In this document: positions 16,801 through 25,959 of the stretch, piece by piece
Position numbering within the stretch: position 1 is the first letter of the stretch
Layout of the letters: every line of letters starts with the position of its first letter
From: a virus
Direction: 5' to 3' (one strand)
DNA: 48,300 nt
Virus record (IMG/VR): IMGVR_UViG_3300037790_000077
Program-made: the position numbers and the translations under genes
Notes under the pieces: model-generated
Databases searched by the model: none
Told to the model about the DNA's origin: nothing
The model's input: only the letters and a program-made list of their open reading frames with translations

Positions 16801-18626
16801 CGAAAGCGAAACCCGCGCGTCGATCGCGGGGTGAAAAGCTGGCGCTCGCCCTCAACTCGCTCGCCATCGATGATGACCGACAGCTTGCCATTGATCTGCA
16901 CCGGCCGGGCGCGGGCCGCGGCGCACACCTGGCGTGCCGCCTCGCCGCGCGAGATCGGCCGGTCGAACACGCGATTGCACTTGTAGTCGTTCAGCTTGCA
17001 CCATTGATGGAAAGCCGCCCAGGCGGGCCAGTCGATCGCATCGTCCGGCCGCGGCTTGGCCGTGTGGCCGCCGCGATAGAGGAAAAGGGCGCCGTCGCTG
17101 GCATATTGCGTCGGCCCGGCCGGCCAGTCGTCCGGCGTCACGTCCGACAGATCGGCATCCTCATCGTCGGCGATCGCGGGATCCAGCGTCTCGGCAATGC
17201 GGGTGACATCCAGATTGATCGTATCGATCACGCCGTTGAGCTGGTCTGACGCCTTGATACGCACGGCCATGTAGGCATAGCCGTCGACCGGCATGGGATT
17301 GCGCGACGAGATCGAGCGCAGGGCCGACCATTGCATCTCGTCGAACTTTTGCTTGTCATCGCCTTGCGGTGCGCCCACCCGCTGCAGCTCGACCTCGTAT
17401 TGCCCTTCCGGCACGGCCGCGCGCAGCTGGACGGCAAAGGGCTTGCCGGGCGCGGATCGCGTGATGGTTTCAGCACCGCTCACCGTGCCGCCGGGCAGAT
17501 TGCCCGACCAGTTCTCCAGATCCGGTTCTGCATCGAACCAACCGAACCGGTCGCGCCCGGCATCGGCCGCGGCCGCGTTGGCCTGCGGCGCACTGGCGCG
17601 GGCATAGGTCCAGGCGCCGGTGGATCCGGCCGGCCGGTATCGCATGTTCACGCTGGCCGACAGCGACTTCCATTTGCCCTTCGAGTCGATCTGTCCCAGC
17701 CCCTTCGGGAAGAAGACGATGGCGATCAGCTCGGTTGTCTTCGTCTGGCTGGTGCGGCTCACCCAGCCGGCATCGTCCAGCACAACGCCCAGATCTTCGG
17801 TGTAAGGATCGTCGCGATAGAGCGAGATCGGCGCATCGCCGGGCTTGGCGCGCACCTCGTATTCCACGCCGGTATAGTCGCCGATGGGCGTTTCGCCGAT
17901 GCGGATGTTCGCATAGTCCAGCGGCATCGGGCCGAGGTTCAGGAGATAGCGCAGCCAGACTTCCTCGCCCGCCACATCCTTGACCGGCATGCCCTGCAGC
18001 GGCGGATAGATGCGATGCGTGCCGATGAAGGTGGGGAAGGGCTGGTAGGGCGTGGCGCGGTTGCGGGCGCCATCCACCGAATACACCGGATCCGGCGAGG
18101 CGATCCCGTCCAGGCTGGGCTGCGGCGGCGGCACCAGCGCATTGATCGCCAGCGAGCCGACAACCACGACAGAGGCGGCCGCCATGGCGGCGCCCAGCGC
18201 GCCTTGGGCAAAGGCCTGGCCGAATGCACCGACCAGCGCGCCGCCGGAGATCCACGCCGCCGTGGCGATCAGGGCGATCTGCAGCACGGTGCGCAGGATC
18301 TTGCCGCCATCGCCGCCGGCGGGACGCACCGACATCAACACGCGGGCGCCTTCGGCCGGGCAGGTTACGCCCCACACCTCACGCGGCACCGCCACGCCGT
18401 CGACATGGGCGACCAGATGCGCGCGGATCACGGGATCGGCGACAAAGGCTTCGGCCATGTCGGCCAGGCTGGCGCCGGCCGGCGCCTGAACCTGGTCGAC
18501 CGCCTTGAGGTCAAACGGGTGCAGGGCCAGCGTGACGGCACTGCCCGCCTCCAGCGCCGCACGCGAGCGCGCGCGCAGGGCCGGAACCGTTGGCCGCAAA
18601 GACAGACCGGTCGCAGTGTCAGTCAT
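13848..18626 (-). CDS. Host-specificity / central tail fibre protein (lambda J-like, GTA g15-like)
   Basis: Track ORF 13848..18836 trimmed to the ATG at 18626 (MTDTATGLSLRP), which overlaps the stop of the upstream gene by 8 nt. Product is 1592 aa with a Ser/Thr/Ala-rich coiled stalk and a C-terminal globular domain. It follows the NlpC/P60 gene as in lambdoid tails. Confidence 0.9.
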   Translation of the reverse strand: MTDTATGLSLRPTVPALRARSRAALEAGSAVTLALHPFDLKAVDQVQAPAGASLADMAEAFVADPVIRAHLVAHVDGVAVPREVWGVTCPAEGARVLMSVRPAGGDGGKILRTVLQIALIATAAWISGGALVGAFGQAFAQGALGAAMAAASVVVVGSLAINALVPPPQPSLDGIASPDPVYSVDGARNRATPYQPFPTFIGTHRIYPPLQGMPVKDVAGEEVWLRYLLNLGPMPLDYANIRIGETPIGDYTGVEYEVRAKPGDAPISLYRDDPYTEDLGVVLDDAGWVSRTSQTKTTELIAIVFFPKGLGQIDSKGKWKSLSASVNMRYRPAGSTGAWTYARASAPQANAAAADAGRDRFGWFDAEPDLENWSGNLPGGTVSGAETITRSAPGKPFAVQLRAAVPEGQYEVELQRVGAPQGDDKQKFDEMQWSALRSISSRNPMPVDGYAYMAVRIKASDQLNGVIDTINLDVTRIAETLDPAIADDEDADLSDVTPDDWPAGPTQYASDGALFLYRGGHTAKPRPDDAIDWPAWAAFHQWCKLNDYKCNRVFDRPISRGEAARQVCAAARARPVQINGKLSVIIDGERVEGERQLFTPRSTRGFRFRKTFPGEVHGLRVPFINENEGYRSDEMLVFADGYSELGEDGGGPAGSVAATLYEQFEVPGVTDPDQVWKLARFWLYTSLYQTEVFEFDVDIESLVSHVGHLAAVAHDVMLVGLGSGRVEKLITDEAGDVTGIVLDEKPDLSQGRLVMEAGKAYGIRWRQVTEAGSGSGSFRVSVSSALPLATVPGPANVLTLPEPVDPDEAPALGELVAFGEFGKETAQILIKRIRPGRNFGAKIEAVAYAPERFLADQGEVPAFDTRITLPRVQTPPTPALAAISVTADGIFVSFTVPDTWADNLEGFRVRWRQTPQEGSDNRFEALADLDADARVVALPPGQPGRTYDVEITALGTDGRAGEPLIVAEIGADETVPVPAEVSIEPATFIGPSGSAVPGVTIAWAPVEDPRIAALLVYARITDSEADYLLVDSEPPRTGAGDVRGLTPGETYDFRLAYRNERGAETAEPAEVLGVTVPDTLVATSAGSLGDRIASDVLASLDAREIEAARTARALVEAVLAFNDRIGRRRTEILEARQESYTAVTTEQDERIAADEAESSTRTSQIATINGNLAAQLTQILTNATNHSSFVATTNSQFTSVGAAIASNEDNITTVSDGLSALTSSTSLQFSAVGDSIAAIESEQTTLASNLAAEVSNRTTAVAAVAGNLAALQSDYTLTADEVASLGTSFTSLSATVTSQGEELTALSSDLSTVSATVDSLEATRIQQVTAGSTYAGIMFTAVESGGSAASDIRLASGKIGFGADYADPDMVFDMTARSRYVWNAARTHKTIEENWNTGRLRLRKADGTLQFDSEGGGVLIDGVVAGLVGDEGSHFTASHTWLTGSPTYSISDVHNFSGAASAVTVIAGDKVKMSWSYEFALPANSAKWVYFWEVIKRGSTEIRRVRRYFGAGQSEGNVSGNQSSAAEVIRPSFSANLTEYPAAGTHTYSIVLEKRAVGGQYIDGGQANASGMTAENITLDVDVKRSGPTRIN

Positions 18627-19053
18627 AAAAGCCCTCGACACGCCGGGCCCAGACATGGGCCGACAGGTTTTCGATGATGGTGGCCGGCACGCCCGGCCGG
18701 GCCCCGGCCGGGTGATGGGCATGCAGGAAGAGGCCGCGCCCCAGGCACAGGCCGACATGCACGGGGCGCCCCGCCACATTGAACAGAACGACGGCGCCGG
18801 GCCGCGGCCGGTCCAGCCGCGACCAGCTGCCGACATGAGCGCCGATCAGGCGGGCCTGCAGGTCGAAGCGTTCGGCCTGGCTGGCCGGCATGGCGCCGGA
18901 ATAAAGATCGGCATGATCGGGTGCGGGCCGGCCGAAATGCTGCGGCCGGCACCAGGCAATCAGCCCCCAGCAATCCCAGCCGCGCGGATCCCGCCCCCGC
19001 CACAGCCAGGGCGTTGCCAGATAGGGCCGATGCCAGCCCGGTTCGGGGCGCAT
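18619..19053 (-). CDS. NlpC/P60-family tail peptidase (lambda K-like)
   Basis: Trimmed to the ATG at 19053. Contains GWDCWGLI (catalytic Cys context) and HVGLCLG ... LHAHH (His). Confidence 0.85.
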   Translation of the reverse strand: MRPEPGWHRPYLATPWLWRGRDPRGWDCWGLIAWCRPQHFGRPAPDHADLYSGAMPASQAERFDLQARLIGAHVGSWSRLDRPRPGAVVLFNVAGRPVHVGLCLGRGLFLHAHHPAGARPGVPATIIENLSAHVWARRVEGFYD

Positions 19054-19057
19054 GGCG

Positions 19058-19561
19058 TCAGAACAAAGCGGGCGCGTGGGCCGGCACGAAGGAGTACGAC
19101 ACCAGCTGCTCATTGCTGTCGTCATCCACGGCCAGATCACCGGCGATCTGCAGCCGGTCGCCCGAGGCCGAGACCATGCGCATGTCCGGCAGGGTCATTT
19201 CCACCGTGTCGGGATCTGCGGCCAGCACGATCTCGACCGTCACATCCAGCGCCGTGGTGAGGCTGCGCAGAACCAGGGCGATGCGCTGATCCACATTGTC
19301 GATCGTGATCGAGGCCAGCCCCGCATCGCCCTCGCCCTGCCCCGGCAGGACGAGATCGAAGCCATAGGCGGTAAACGTGTTGCCGCGGCTGACGATATCG
19401 ACGGTGTTATTGACGAAGCGCAGGCGCCCGCCGGACACGTCCAGTTCCGGGAAGCTCTCGCCCAGATCGGCGAGATCCGGGTGATAGATCGAGACGAGGG
19501 CCAGATAGACCTCGTCTGTCTCCTGGGCGACGACGCCCTCGACAAAATCACGCGACGGCAT
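19058..19561 (-). CDS. Minor tail protein (DUF1833-like)
   Basis: 167 aa. Its position between the M-like gene and the NlpC/P60 gene, and blocks such as YLALVSIYHP and ITIDNVD, are reminiscent of DUF1833. Confidence 0.75.
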   Translation of the reverse strand: MPSRDFVEGVVAQETDEVYLALVSIYHPDLADLGESFPELDVSGGRLRFVNNTVDIVSRGNTFTAYGFDLVLPGQGEGDAGLASITIDNVDQRIALVLRSLTTALDVTVEIVLAADPDTVEMTLPDMRMVSASGDRLQIAGDLAVDDDSNEQLVSYSFVPAHAPALF

Positions 19562-19922
19562 CGATCAGATCCAGTTCAAAGCTGACGGTGAGTTTCGCGC
19601 CCGGGCCGGGCCGCACCGACACGCCACCGCGCCCGCCGACGATCCGGGCCAGATGATCCGTGTCCAAGAGGCCGTCATGCCAGTCAAAACGCTTGGCGCC
19701 GTCGGCCAGATCGTCGCGGATCCAGGGCAGGAAGACGTTCTTGTATTGCGCCACGGTCCAGCGGAATTGAACGCGCACCTTGTCGACCGCCATTGTGGAG
19801 GTGCGGCGGCCCTTGGGCGGGCCGTCATCGGTCTGGCTTTCCTCGCCATTCTTGCCGAGATTATAGCCATAGCCTTCGCGCGCCGGTTCCGCCGGCAGAC
19901 CTGCCGGCCATTCGATCGCCAT
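19548..19922 (-). CDS. Minor tail protein (hypothetical)
   Basis: 124 aa. Its ATG overlaps the tape-measure stop (ATGA at 19920..19923). Confidence 0.75.
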   Translation of the reverse strand: MAIEWPAGLPAEPAREGYGYNLGKNGEESQTDDGPPKGRRTSTMAVDKVRVQFRWTVAQYKNVFLPWIRDDLADGAKRFDWHDGLLDTDHLARIVGGRGGVSVRPGPGAKLTVSFELDLIDAVA

Positions 19923-22246
19923 CAGCGCACCCCCGGGGATGGATTGAAGCCATAGCGGGTGTGCATTTCCTCGTCGAACTTGCCGCTGCCCAGCATCCCG
20001 CCGATCTGTTCTTCCAGCCAGATGGTCAGTTCGCGCGTGCCGTTCGCCGAACGCCGTTCGCTGGCCCGGGCGCGGCCGCCCTGCCCGCCGCCGCGCTCAT
20101 CCTTCAGCGTGATGTTCAGATCGGCCAGTTCGACCCGCGCTGGCCCCTGCCCGCCCCCGCCGGTCTGGCCGGTCATGTTCGGCAGAATGCGCACGGTTTC
20201 GTCGGCCGACACCCAGGCCGTCGGCTTGTGATTGATCGACAGCAGATTGTTATCGATGCCGGGATTGCCGCCGATCCGGATATCGGCGCCGCGGTCGAAG
20301 CCGGGCAATCCGCCGGATCCGGAGCCAGCCGGCGCACTCGCCCCGCCATCGAACAGGCCGGATATGAAGGTGTCCAGCGCACCGGCCAGCGGGCCGATGA
20401 TCGAGCGCTGCAGCTGGATCTCGATAAAGCTCTCCACGATCCGCTGGCCCATGCGTTCGAACGCATCGCCCACACTGTCGGCGCCGGTGATCATGTTCAT
20501 CAGGCCTTCGTGGATCGAATCGAGCGTATCCACCCCGCCCCGGTCCAGCATGTCCAGCGTGTCGGAATACTCGCGCGCCATCTTGGCGAGGCCCGGCAGG
20601 CGGTCTTCCATGCGGATGACATTGCTGTCTTCCTGCCCGTAAAGGGCGTCTTTCACCCGCTCGATTTCCGCGGTGATGATATCGGCGTGCTCCGGGCTGT
20701 CGGCCCAGAGCTTGTAGAGATTGCCCAGCCGCTCGCGCGCCGCATCGGCCGGGCCGATCAGCGATTCCAGCAATTCCTTCTGGGCTTCCAGCGGATCGTT
20801 AGCCGCTTCGGCCGCACCGGCCGCCTTGCGCTCTTCATCGGTCAGGTCGGCCAGTTTTCCCGCCAGGCCGGCCGCCTCCATGCGCGTGCGGATGATCATA
20901 TCAATCTGGGCCTGGCTGATCTCGATCCCGTGCTCGCGCGCGTCGTTAAGTTCGCTTTCCAGTTCCCGGATCTCTTGCAGCGGCGTCATCAGCGAGCGCA
21001 GGGATTGTTCGACCAGTGCCTCCAGCTCGCGCCGGCGCTCGGTGTCCAGCTCGTCGTTTGAGGGCCCCGCAGCACCGCCTCCCGGCGTGCGATCGCCCCA
21101 GCTTTCCAGCATAGAATAATAGCTGGTCAGGGCCTCCTGCTGGCGTTGCTGGATCTGGCCACGCCGCTCGATCTCCGCCGTGATGCGCTCTTCCTGTTCG
21201 CGCAGGATATCCGCCTGCACCCCGATTCTGGCCATCGCGTCACCAACGCCGTCCAGGCGCTCGATTTGCAGAGACAGCACATCCAGCTGAAGGTTCAGCT
21301 GTTCTGTCGTTTGCTCCTCGAGCGGAATGCGACCGGCCGTCAGCGCCGCTCGCGCCTCTTCATAGCGAGCCGTGGCCTCAGCCCTGGCCACTTCCAGATC
21401 AAGCGTCGCGAGCGACTGAAACTGCTGGGCGCGCGCCTGCCGCAATTCCGCCTCACGAATGTCGGCGGCCGCATCTGCAAATCGCTCCAGGACGCTGTTG
21501 CTAAACGCCGCATTGATCCCGTCCGCCGCCGCCAGCATCCGCGCCATTTCATCGGCCGACTGCTGCAACAGCGGCGCCGCTTCGCGCAGGCCCAGCTTGT
21601 CGGCCAGAGCGAGGCGGCGTGAGGGATCGTCGATCTCGCGCATGCGCTCGAGCACGGCGTCCAGGATGGCGGTGGCGTCGGCGCCATTGTCGACCAGATC
21701 GCGCAGGCCCAGCGCGTCGAAGGCATCGCGCGCCTCGCCCTGTCCGGTGGCGCGGTATTCGCCGATCCGTTTCGAGAATTCTTCCATGCCGGACAGCACG
21801 GCGTTGAAGTCGGCGCCGGCCATCTGGGCCGCACTGCCGATCGACAGGATGCGTTCGGCGGCTAGACCGGATGCGCGTTCGACGTTCTCCAGCTCTTCCG
21901 CCCAGAAGGCCGTTTCCCGGCTGCGTTCCATCAGGACGAAGACTTCGCGCACGGCCATCGCGACCACGCCAAGGGCCGCACCAAAGCCGAGCGCCAGCGG
22001 GCTTACCGTGGTGAAAAGCCGCGCGACCGGGCCCGCCTGTTGCGCCAGATCGCCCAGGCCGTCCTTGAGCAGCAGGACCGACCCGCCGACCAGATCCATC
22101 TCGCCCTTCACCGGCTTGGCCGCGCGCATCAGGTCTTTGAACGCCCGGTCCCCGGCGGGGCCCAGCTCGCCCAGGCGGCGCTTCAGCTCTTCCTGGCCGC
22201 GCAGATCCAGCTTGATCGCGACCGTGCCTGCATTGCGGCTAGCCAT
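19922..22246 (-). CDS. Tail tape measure protein
   Basis: 774 aa, rich in Ala/Glu/Leu/Arg helical sequence. It lies directly downstream of the G/GT chaperone pair. Confidence 0.9.
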   Translation of the reverse strand: MASRNAGTVAIKLDLRGQEELKRRLGELGPAGDRAFKDLMRAAKPVKGEMDLVGGSVLLLKDGLGDLAQQAGPVARLFTTVSPLALGFGAALGVVAMAVREVFVLMERSRETAFWAEELENVERASGLAAERILSIGSAAQMAGADFNAVLSGMEEFSKRIGEYRATGQGEARDAFDALGLRDLVDNGADATAILDAVLERMREIDDPSRRLALADKLGLREAAPLLQQSADEMARMLAAADGINAAFSNSVLERFADAAADIREAELRQARAQQFQSLATLDLEVARAEATARYEEARAALTAGRIPLEEQTTEQLNLQLDVLSLQIERLDGVGDAMARIGVQADILREQEERITAEIERRGQIQQRQQEALTSYYSMLESWGDRTPGGGAAGPSNDELDTERRRELEALVEQSLRSLMTPLQEIRELESELNDAREHGIEISQAQIDMIIRTRMEAAGLAGKLADLTDEERKAAGAAEAANDPLEAQKELLESLIGPADAARERLGNLYKLWADSPEHADIITAEIERVKDALYGQEDSNVIRMEDRLPGLAKMAREYSDTLDMLDRGGVDTLDSIHEGLMNMITGADSVGDAFERMGQRIVESFIEIQLQRSIIGPLAGALDTFISGLFDGGASAPAGSGSGGLPGFDRGADIRIGGNPGIDNNLLSINHKPTAWVSADETVRILPNMTGQTGGGGQGPARVELADLNITLKDERGGGQGGRARASERRSANGTRELTIWLEEQIGGMLGSGKFDEEMHTRYGFNPSPGVR

Positions 22247-22637
22247 CCTGATCTTTCTCCGTTCGTTCGTCGCGTTCGGCGAGACCGGCGCGAATGCCCG
22301 TCTCAGCCCGTTCCAGAAGCTCGATCGCCAGTTCGGCGTCGATATCCGGGCCCAGGCGCCGCAGCGCTTCGCTCGTGTCGATGCTTTCGAAACCGCCCCA
22401 TCCGGTGCGGAAACACCCGCCCCGCTTCACCGTGTCGAGAACGCGCTGGCCGGTGAGGGTGAGAGGAGCAAATTCCACCTGCGGACACAGATGGCGGGGC
22501 GGATCGTCAGGCCCGTCCTTGCGCGGATCCCGCACCCGGCCGCCATGGGCGCAGGCGGCGTCAACGGCCAGGCAATCGCGGCAGTTTTCGGCGCCGCCTG
22601 CAAAGAGGTATTTGCAGACGGCGCTTAGCCGTTTCCC
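22239..22637 (-). CDS. T-extension of the tail assembly chaperone, read after a -1 frameshift (fusion product 23098 -> slip at 22637..22631 -> 22239)
   Basis: The -1 frame is open from the slippery site through track ORF 22239..22535 with no stop (traced codon by codon). It ends 8 nt inside the tape-measure gene, as in lambda GT. Confidence 0.7.
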   Translation of the reverse strand, partial: GKRLSAVCKYLFAGGAENCRDCLAVDAACAHGGRVRDPRKDGPDDPPRHLCPQVEFAPLTLTGQRVLDTVKRGGCFRTGWGGFESIDTSEALRRLGPDIDAELAIELLERAETGIRAGLAERDERTEKDQDG

Positions 22638-23098
22638 TCGGCCGTCACCTCGCCGACGATCGCATTGATGCGGGCCTCGACCAGGGCGGCGATGTAGGGA
22701 TTGCGCATGGCAGCCGACACGGCCTCCACACTGGGCTCGATCGGCTCGCCGGTCTCCCGGTCGCCGAAGCCTTCCCAGCTTTCAACCAGCACAACCGCGT
22801 GACAGATCAGCGCCAGCGTGCGCACCGCGCCGTCGATGGCCGCGGTCATATCGCCCAGACGGGCCCCGCGCAGCACGCCCAGCGCTTCGAAATCGGCGCG
22901 GGCCCGCTCGAGATAATCCGCATCTCTCTCGCCCTCATCGCGGGCGGGCACCGCCCGGCGTGCGGCGGCGAAGGCCGCCTTTTCCGTCGCGGTGGTCGGC
23001 CGGGCGATCACGATGTGCGGGACAAAGTCACCCTTCGCCAGCGCCGGCAGGTCAATGCGATACGTGTCCTGCCGGGGTTTCAGATCGAGCGGGATCAT
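22625..23098 (-). CDS. Tail assembly chaperone (lambda G-like)
   Basis: Track ORF 22625..23836 trimmed to the ATG at 23098 (ATGA overlap with the major tail stop). 157 aa, located between the major tail and tape measure genes. Confidence 0.8.
   Translation of the reverse strand: MIPLDLKPRQDTYRIDLPALAKGDFVPHIVIARPTTATEKAAFAAARRAVPARDEGERDADYLERARADFEALGVLRGARLGDMTAAIDGAVRTLALICHAVVLVESWEGFGDRETGEPIEPSVEAVSAAMRNPYIAALVEARINAIVGEVTAEGNG
22631..22637 (-). promoter_or_regulatory. Programmed -1 ribosomal frameshift heptamer G_GGA_AAC
   Basis: The minus strand reads gag GGA AAC ggc taa, an X_XXY_YYZ heptamer 1 codon before the G-frame stop. Lambda uses G_GGA_AAG at the equivalent place. Confidence 0.7.
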
Positions 23099-24066
23099 GC
23101 GGTTTCCCCCGGATAGGCCGCGATGCCGTTCACCAGGGTGAAGGCAGCGGCGGCGGCCGTGTCGGTCACCTCGCTGCGCACCTGATAGCTTTCCGTGCGC
23201 AAGCCTTCGCCGCCGACGGCGCGTTCGGTCGGCACGAAACGCGAGGCGGGCAGAGCGATGGTGAGCGAATTGCTCGCGTCGGTCTCGAACACCAGCTTGA
23301 TGTCCTGCGGCGTCTTGGCGCGCGACACGTCGTACCAGACATTGTTGACGACGCGGAATTGCAGGTTTGACAGGATCGACGTGTTCACGTCCGGCGTGAA
23401 TTCCTGTGCCACCCGGTTCGGCGACCAGGCGCCGCGAAAGGGCACCAGCGTGCGCGACAGATTGATATCGCCGCCCATGATGTTGGCCATGATCACATCG
23501 TCGGCCATGATCTTGCAGCCCTTGGCGGCCGGGAAGGGATTGAGCGCCAGGGCCGTGCCCGGCGTGCCGATAGGGCTGGAGGCGGGCGTGGCGATATCGC
23601 CCGCCATGCCCTGCAGGCTGATCTGGCGCCGGCCGCGTTCCGGCGTGAGGCCGATGCGCAGGCTGGACCAGGTCGCCGTGTCGGCCAGGCGCCAGTCGCC
23701 GCCCTCCTGCCAGGCGAAGGATCCGCCGGCATGCTCGCGCGCACCGGATTTGAAGACATGGGTATAGGGATCGTCGCCGGTCGGCTCTTCGACGCGCAGC
23801 AGGTGCGGCAGCACCCAGCCCAGCTGGTTGAAGCACAGCGGCAGATCGAGATTGAACCCGCCCTCGACCAGGTCTTCGGCCGGGGCCTGGGAATCCATCA
23901 CGTTTTCAGCGGCCAGACCGATCAGCGGATCGTCGACCAGATCGTCGCGCCGGCGCGGCGTGAGCGAATAGTAGTTGAGCGGGTTGTAATTGCCCGTTGC
24001 TGCCGTGCCGGCGGCCAGCTGGGCAAGCGTGTAGAGTTTGACCTCACGGCCGGTCAATTGAGGCAT
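23095..24066 (-). CDS. Major tail (tube) protein
   Basis: 323 aa. AGGAG RBS. Its position is upstream of the G/GT chaperones. Confidence 0.8.
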   Translation of the reverse strand: MPQLTGREVKLYTLAQLAAGTAATGNYNPLNYYSLTPRRRDDLVDDPLIGLAAENVMDSQAPAEDLVEGGFNLDLPLCFNQLGWVLPHLLRVEEPTGDDPYTHVFKSGAREHAGGSFAWQEGGDWRLADTATWSSLRIGLTPERGRRQISLQGMAGDIATPASSPIGTPGTALALNPFPAAKGCKIMADDVIMANIMGGDINLSRTLVPFRGAWSPNRVAQEFTPDVNTSILSNLQFRVVNNVWYDVSRAKTPQDIKLVFETDASNSLTIALPASRFVPTERAVGGEGLRTESYQVRSEVTDTAAAAAFTLVNGIAAYPGETA

Positions 24067-24088
24067 GGGAAGTCTCCTGGATTAGCGG

Positions 24089-24117
24089 AAAAACAGGCCG
24101 CCGAACGCCATTCGGCG
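24089..24117 (-). terminator. Weak terminator-like hairpin upstream of the major tail gene
   Basis: GCCGAA / 5-nt loop / TTCGGC. On the minus strand GGCCTG separates the stem from a five-T run. Confidence 0.3.
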
Positions 24118-24129
24118 CGCAGAAACCGG

Positions 24130-24351
24130 CTAGCAGCGGCCGGCGATCGTCAGATCGCGGGCCTTGGCGCGGCGCCAGTGGACGCCCTCTGCGAACCCGG
24201 CCGCCTTGAGCGCTTCGGGGTCGCGATCGCGGATCTCGCCATGCGAGCCCAGCCCGTCGGCCGTCTTGAGCACGACGATTGCGACGGTTTTGACGGCGAT
24301 TTCGGACGCACCGGCGCCCTCGCCGCCCGGTTTGGCAGGCTTTTTGGCCAT
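24130..24351 (-). CDS. Hypothetical protein, 73 aa
   Basis: Strong GGAGG RBS. Confidence 0.65.
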   Translation of the reverse strand: MAKKPAKPGGEGAGASEIAVKTVAIVVLKTADGLGSHGEIRDRDPEALKAAGFAEGVHWRRAKARDLTIAGRC

Positions 24352-24378
24352 GCTGGCCTCCTTTCAGGGTGGATCCGG

Positions 24379-24858
24379 TCAGCCGACCGGGGACAGGGCG
24401 ACGAATTGCACCGCAATCGTCAGGTCATGGGCGGTTTCGGCCGGCAGGCCGTCCGCTTTCAGGTCTTCCGGCTGGAAGCGGCGGGCCTCGGCATAGGTGG
24501 CCTGGCCGCCCAGCGTGTAATTCGCGGTGATCGCGGCCACGATGGCGTTGCGGATCTCTTTCACCCGGGCATGACGGTCAGCATCGGCGCCGGCGACTGC
24601 ATCGACGCGCACCATGAACAGGGCTTCGACATCCCAGGTCTGCGGATCGCCATTCAGATACGCGATGGTGTCGACTTCGCCGTCCGCCATCATCACCTTT
24701 TCGCGCACGCCGCCCGTATCGCCCTCCGGCGCATCGATATCGACCATGCGCGGATCCCGCACCGCGAATTCCGGCGTGTCGTCCAGCGCGTCCAGAGCGG
24801 CCCGGATCACCGCTTCAACCGCGGCGCGGGCCTCGTCGTGATCGATGATCGCGGTCAT
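24379..24858 (-). CDS. Head-tail connector / tail completion protein (uncharacterised)
   Basis: 159 aa. ATGA overlap with the upstream gene. Call is based on position in the connector module. Confidence 0.7.
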   Translation of the reverse strand: MTAIIDHDEARAAVEAVIRAALDALDDTPEFAVRDPRMVDIDAPEGDTGGVREKVMMADGEVDTIAYLNGDPQTWDVEALFMVRVDAVAGADADRHARVKEIRNAIVAAITANYTLGGQATYAEARRFQPEDLKADGLPAETAHDLTIAVQFVALSPVG

Positions 24859-25613
24859 GGGCTTTCCCCTTCGCGGCCAAAGCGGCGGCGCGTGATCTCT
24901 CTGAAAGCATTCGCAAATCGCTCGACACCCTCGCGGCCAATCGCATCGGCGATCTTTTCCGGATCCACCAGCTTGGGCATGGTGGCCGAGGGCACGAGGA
25001 CAAACATCACCACGCCGTTTTCTTCCTTGCGGCGGCGTAGAGTGGAGGCGCTGGCTGGCGCATAGCCCCGCTTGTTCTTTTGAACTTTGTCGGCCACGAG
25101 CAGGATCAGATCCTTACCCTTGACCTTGATGTACCGGAGTTTTCCAAATTTGCGTTCGGCCTGGACAATCGCGTAGCGCCGCGCGAGGCCAATGCGGCCG
25201 AACTGCCGAAATCCGTACCCCGCCTGCGGCGCGTTCTCGGTCGGGATCATGATGTACTTGCCGCTGCCAGCCCGAACCGTCAGACCTTCAGAAAACGCGC
25301 TGATGATGTGGGGCGCGTTTGTCCACCAGGTAACACTTGGCGCCAGCGAGGCCGCTTGGCCACGGTGTGGATAAACCTTTGAACGCCAAGTGTTTGCGAC
25401 CTTGGGCCCCAGAGCCGGCCTCGTATCGGACCGCAGCTCACGCTTGCCCCAGTCGGCAACCGCATCAGCGGCGGCCATAGCCGCCTGGGCCAATTCCTCG
25501 ACCGTTGCGTCGATATCGGCCGACAACGATTCCGTTACGGCGACTTCCAGGAACGTCGCAGAATCAAGCTGGCCGCTAAAAGCTAGGCGCCGGACAAGAG
25601 CTGGATCCGCCAT
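24855..25613 (-). CDS. Head-tail connector protein (uncharacterised)
   Basis: 252 aa. Call is based on position between the head and tail modules. Confidence 0.7.
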   Translation of the reverse strand: MADPALVRRLAFSGQLDSATFLEVAVTESLSADIDATVEELAQAAMAAADAVADWGKRELRSDTRPALGPKVANTWRSKVYPHRGQAASLAPSVTWWTNAPHIISAFSEGLTVRAGSGKYIMIPTENAPQAGYGFRQFGRIGLARRYAIVQAERKFGKLRYIKVKGKDLILLVADKVQKNKRGYAPASASTLRRRKEENGVVMFVLVPSATMPKLVDPEKIADAIGREGVERFANAFREITRRRFGREGESP

Positions 25614-25616
25614 GTC

Positions 25617-25955
25617 CTAACCGACCTCGACCAGGTCGAGGATCCACTCACCATTGTCGGCGCGGGGTGCGGCGTCGATTTTGAGGCGCCGGGAGACACC
25701 GCGGATCGTGGCCGTGAAGATCCCGCCCTGCCGCGGCCGGTCCAGCTCGGACGCCAGGACGCGCCCGGTCGTGCCGGTTGTGGAGATCTGGCCGTATTCG
25801 CCGCCATTCGCCTCGCTGGCCGTTTCCTCGACATCCAGGCGAACGCCGACACCCTCCCCGCCCGCGGGCGGGACATAGACAGCTGTCACCGCGAACGCGT
25901 CGAACAGCCGGTCATCCCCGTGCGCTTGAAAGAGGGCGTCGAACGTGGACGTCAT
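25617..25955 (-). CDS. Head-tail adaptor-like protein
   Basis: Track ORF 25617..26270 trimmed to the ATG at 25955 (MTSTFDALF), 112 aa. The upstream part of the track ORF is Arg/Pro-rich nonsense. Confidence 0.7.
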   Translation of the reverse strand: MTSTFDALFQAHGDDRLFDAFAVTAVYVPPAGGEGVGVRLDVEETASEANGGEYGQISTTGTTGRVLASELDRPRQGGIFTATIRGVSRRLKIDAAPRADNGEWILDLVEVG

Positions 25956-25959
25956 GGTG

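Noticed and set aside
13848-18836. N-terminal extensions of several track ORFs: 13848..18836, 18619..19140, 22625..23836, 25617..26270, 25960..26364, 26292..27686, 35786..36736, 36558..37652, 37565..39643, 41347..42315, 43932..44840, 46823..47554, 47560..48126.
   Set aside because: The extensions overlap the upstream gene extensively, are Arg/Pro/Gly-rich and lack RBSs. Internal starts with RBSs or ATGA/GTGA coupling give products that begin where recognisable domains begin.
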